Shown here one piece after another: positions 16,635-19,256 of a DNA stretch of 19,256 nt. The DNA comes from Candidatus Heimdallarchaeota archaeon. Lineage in GTDB: Archaea; Asgardarchaeota; Heimdallarchaeia; Hodarchaeales; Hodarchaeaceae. Location of the stretch: positions 1 to 19,256 of the forward strand of contig JBHLSH010000075.1 in assembly GCA_048881705.1 (NCBI GenBank), given 5' to 3'. Below the pieces are notes generated by a model. The model was not told where the DNA came from. It was given only the letters and a program-made list of their open reading frames with translations, and did no database searches. Every line of letters starts with the position of its first letter. Position 1 is the stretch's first letter. Position numbers and translations under genes: made by a program.

Positions 16635-17069
16635 ATGGCATTCGCGCTTACCGTTGAACAGAAAAAAAAGTTGATTAAACTCTTACAGGAAATAGTCCGT
16701 TTTGCAGATCTAGAAGCTCTAGCACTCGTAACAAGAACAGGGATGAGTGTTGCTTTTTTCTCCGAAAAAGACGCAGATCCAGATCTTTTCTCAGCGTTAT
16801 CTGCTGCGGTGCTTTCTACTGGTGGGATGGTCGTGGATAGGATGGATCATGGCCAACTTTGGGAAGTGCTTGTTCGCGGTGAAAGCGGATACACTGTGTT
16901 GAGTTCTGCAGAGGATTTCATATTGATCGGAGCATCCAACGAGGCCCACTCGTTGGGGCTCGCAGTTCGGGTTCTTCGACGATATTCTCGTAAGATTCCC
17001 GAGATCTTCAAAGAAGAGGAAAAGGATATTAGCTCCTTGGTCTCCGAATTGAAGGATTTACTGTCTTAA
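16635..17069 (+). CDS. Roadblock/LC7 (MglB-like) domain protein
   Basis: Roadblock pattern: helix, ALVTRTGMSVA, DPDLFSALSAAVL, G-L-EVLVRGESGYTVL, ILIGAS, LGLAVRVL. GAAGGTGG SD upstream. Confidence 0.85.
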   Translation: MAFALTVEQKKKLIKLLQEIVRFADLEALALVTRTGMSVAFFSEKDADPDLFSALSAAVLSTGGMVVDRMDHGQLWEVLVRGESGYTVLSSAEDFILIGASNEAHSLGLAVRVLRRYSRKIPEIFKEEEKDISSLVSELKDLLS

Positions 17070-17089
17070 GAAAAAGGGAACGGCATATA

Positions 17090-17755
17090 TTGGCTTCTCT
17101 TTTTTTCTTTTTATTTCTATCAGATCTCGTTTTTCTAGCGATCATCAATTCAATTGATGGAGCGCTCCTACTCATTCTGATTGTTCCTTGGACATTCGCA
17201 ATCTATGGAATTCTTTGTTTTCCAGGTTTTCGTTTTTCAAGAACCGATATACTCCATCATATGGCAGGTAGGCTCTTTTGGATCGGAAAAGGCGCGTTCC
17301 AGTCTACATTAATTGCGGTTTTCAATCTTATGAGTGTTGCGATCTTGGTTTCCGACCAACACTTTGCGCAGATCGATCAGTATTTCGGAGGCGTTACATC
17401 CCTTTTCATCTTGCTTTTCTTACCTCTTCCAGGTTTTCTTATTCTTACGCTTAAACAGGAAGATATGAAACGCGTAAGCGACTTCATGTATCGCGAAATG
17501 ATACAGCAAGGAGAGGTGCCCGCCTTTCTTGGGGTGATGGCGGAACTCCTAAGGACATCTGATAGATTTTCTGAGGCTTTTCGATCTCAACTCGATATTG
17601 TCCTACAGGATTCGACTCGGTTTCTCAAAGCGAATTTCCAAGAAATTTCACCGTATTTTAGTCAAGATCTGGCATTTCATCTCAGTCTCGAAAACCTTGT
17701 CCTTCTACTAACAAAAAAAGTCTTTGCCCCTGAAATCCCCTCCGAATTTGGTTGA
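17090..17755 (+). CDS. Hypothetical membrane protein (about 4 hydrophobic segments plus a soluble helical C-terminus)
   Basis: 221-aa ORF starting 20 nt after the Roadblock stop on the same strand. TTG start with an in-frame stop upstream at 17030. No family recognised. Confidence 0.6.
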   Translation: MASLFFFLFLSDLVFLAIINSIDGALLLILIVPWTFAIYGILCFPGFRFSRTDILHHMAGRLFWIGKGAFQSTLIAVFNLMSVAILVSDQHFAQIDQYFGGVTSLFILLFLPLPGFLILTLKQEDMKRVSDFMYREMIQQGEVPAFLGVMAELLRTSDRFSEAFRSQLDIVLQDSTRFLKANFQEISPYFSQDLAFHLSLENLVLLLTKKVFAPEIPSEFG

Positions 17756-17922
17756 GATATCCCACCTCGATATTATTAGTTTTTACGGCTAAAATTTAAA
17801 ATTCAAGGCAAAGGTGGGGGGAAACAGTAGTATAAAACGATTAAGTCTCATATTCAAATTCAAGAGTATTGAAAACTAGCTAAATTCTTAGAATGGGTTC
17901 GTTTAAACAAGGTGTAACCTTT

Positions 17923-18201
17923 ATGGGTAAAAAACGCAAATCCGGTGGAAGAAGTAAAGGCGGGAAAGGAAATCTTGGGAAGGTTCAGTGTTCCTCATGT
18001 GGGCGTCTAGTTCCACGGGACAAAGCCAAACGAAAGACATCATACAAATCATTGGTTGATTTCTCGATTGGGAAGGAACTACGCCAAAGCGGTACTCGTA
18101 TAGCTCGTGTTCCCTACGTTCGATATTTCTGCGTTTCGTGCGCTATTCATAGGCATCAGGTAAAGATCCGAGCTGCTGATGAACGAAAGACTGGTGGCTA
18201 A
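17923..18201 (+). CDS. rps26e: 30S ribosomal protein eS26 (S26e)
   Basis: KKRKSGGRSK, CSSCGRLVPRDKAK and YFCVSCAIH...VKIR. ATG 17923 follows a GGTG SD and is preferred over 17893. Confidence 0.95.
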   Translation: MGKKRKSGGRSKGGKGNLGKVQCSSCGRLVPRDKAKRKTSYKSLVDFSIGKELRQSGTRIARVPYVRYFCVSCAIHRHQVKIRAADERKTGG

Positions 18202-18355
18202 GCCAGCCATCCCAAAACAATTTTTAACATATCCCGAATTTACGAATTTTCGGGTGGAAAACCTCCGTTCATCTTTTCAAGTCTTGATAAGTTCTAAGTT
18301 GAAGGAACCGAACTTCGGGTCTAGTTCCATGGTAAGGAAGTTTGTAGTTTATGAA

Positions 18356-18430
18356 GGGCTCGTGGCTCAGCATGGATAGAGCATCTGGCTTCGGACCAGA
18401 GGGTCGTGCGTTCAAATCGCACCGAGCCCG
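18356..18430 (+). tRNA. tRNA-Arg(TCG), intronless, CCA not encoded
   Basis: Acceptor GGGCTCG/CGAGCCC, D arm GCTC...GAGC, anticodon stem TCTGG/CCAGA with loop CT-TCG-GA (anticodon 18391-18393), T arm GTGCG-TTCAAAT-CGCAC. Confidence 0.97.
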
Positions 18431-18492
18431 TTTTCAAATCAAACCGTGCATCTCCTCGTCCGCATCTCAGTAAGGTTTTGGGAGCGAATGTC

Positions 18493-19256
18493 GTGTCACA
18501 AAAGAAGCTTCTTTGGCTTGAACACGCTCACCGTTACTGTAATTGCCCTTCAAACCATTTAAATTGCTTAAGTGCGAAAGAATGGACACAACACATGATT
18601 GGGATATGGGAATTTCGTTATGAGAAGCGAGACATACGTGATAAAAAGATACACCCTGCTAGTTTCCCGCTTTCCCTTGCTAGGAAGATTATATCCACCT
18701 ACTCACATATGGGGGAGGTAATACTAGATCCGTTCAATGGCGTAGGTACAACGCTTGTGGCTGCAAAAGATCTCCAAAGACATGCCCTTGGATTCGACCT
18801 AAACCCAGAATATTGTAGGATTGCCAGAGAACGTATTGAAACTCCAGTCCTCACAGATTTTTTTGAAGGTTCAGAGAATCAGCTCCGTTACGAAGTCATT
18901 AATGATGATGCAATGAATTTACTTGATTATATCCCTCCCAACTCAATAGACTTGGTCGTAACGAGTCCACCATATGCGAACATCCTTGACAAGGAACGTA
19001 CGAACAAGAGTAAACATTCCGCAAAGCGAAAAGATTCACGTTTGGGGATTAAGGAACAATATAGTGACGATAGCCGTGATTTGGGTACTCAAATTCCGCA
19101 GGTATTCATTATTACACTTCAAGAGATTTGTTCAAGAGTATTGGAAGTTCTTAAGCCGAAAAAGCGGTTGATAATTAACATCAGGGATGTGGTTCCGTTT
19201 TTTATCCAGCCAGCATTGGTTCCTTCTTTGGAAGAGGTAGGATTTAGTCTTAAAAA
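18493..19256 (+). CDS. N4-cytosine/N6-adenine DNA methyltransferase, 3'-truncated by the window edge (missing from the ORF track)
   Basis: Manual translation from GTG 18493 (GGAG SD at 18481) is open to the end of the window: YCNCPSNHLNCLSAKEW...HPASFP...ILDPFNGVGTT (SAM-binding motif I)...LVVTSPPY (catalytic motif IV). Confidence 0.88.
   Translation, partial: MSQKKLLWLEHAHRYCNCPSNHLNCLSAKEWTQHMIGIWEFRYEKRDIRDKKIHPASFPLSLARKIISTYSHMGEVILDPFNGVGTTLVAAKDLQRHALGFDLNPEYCRIARERIETPVLTDFFEGSENQLRYEVINDDAMNLLDYIPPNSIDLVVTSPPYANILDKERTNKSKHSAKRKDSRLGIKEQYSDDSRDLGTQIPQVFIITLQEICSRVLEVLKPKKRLIINIRDVVPFFIQPALVPSLEEVGFSLK

Noticed and set aside
17761-17819. CCCACCT/AGGTGGG inverted repeat upstream of eS26
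   Set aside because: Only 7 bp with a 45-nt spacer, which is compatible with chance.
18179-18379. 66-aa ORF in the track
   Set aside because: It overlaps the end of eS26 and the tRNA and has no recognisable features; most likely spurious.
18974-19171. 65-aa ORF in the track
   Set aside because: It is an out-of-frame shadow within the methyltransferase gene.
1-19256. CRISPR arrays, transposases, integrases, rRNA genes, terminal repeats
   Set aside because: No regularly spaced repeats or such genes were seen by manual reading.

Overview
Archaeal chromosomal window, most consistent with an Asgard archaeon. That assignment is an inference from eS26, a Roadblock/LC7 protein, a Sm-like protein, Rio2, DUF460 and a PGF-type C-terminal sorting signal. 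Positions 1-10.3 kb form a nucleoside uptake and salvage cluster: a BMP-family ABC transporter (C-terminally anchored binding protein, double ATPase, both permeases fused into one chain), a PfkB kinase, a nucleoside phosphorylase, deoxynucleoside kinase, thymidine kinase and a probable archaeal-type phosphopentomutase. Positions 10.4-19.3 kb hold an orphan ABC ATPase, an RNA/ribosome-biogenesis block (rio2, DUF460, Sm-like), a second PfkB protein, Roadblock plus an unknown membrane protein, eS26, tRNA-Arg(TCG) and a truncated N4C/N6A DNA methyltransferase that the ORF track misses. The best find is an unannotated box C/D guide sRNA (about 11586-11662) directly in front of rio2. It has intact C, D', C' and D boxes. 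Its D' guide is antisense to the peptidyl-transferase-centre sequence AGACCGUCGU and predicts 2'-O-methylation at the position that, from recall, matches yeast 25S Cm2959 (snR73) and the target of human U35/SNORD35.
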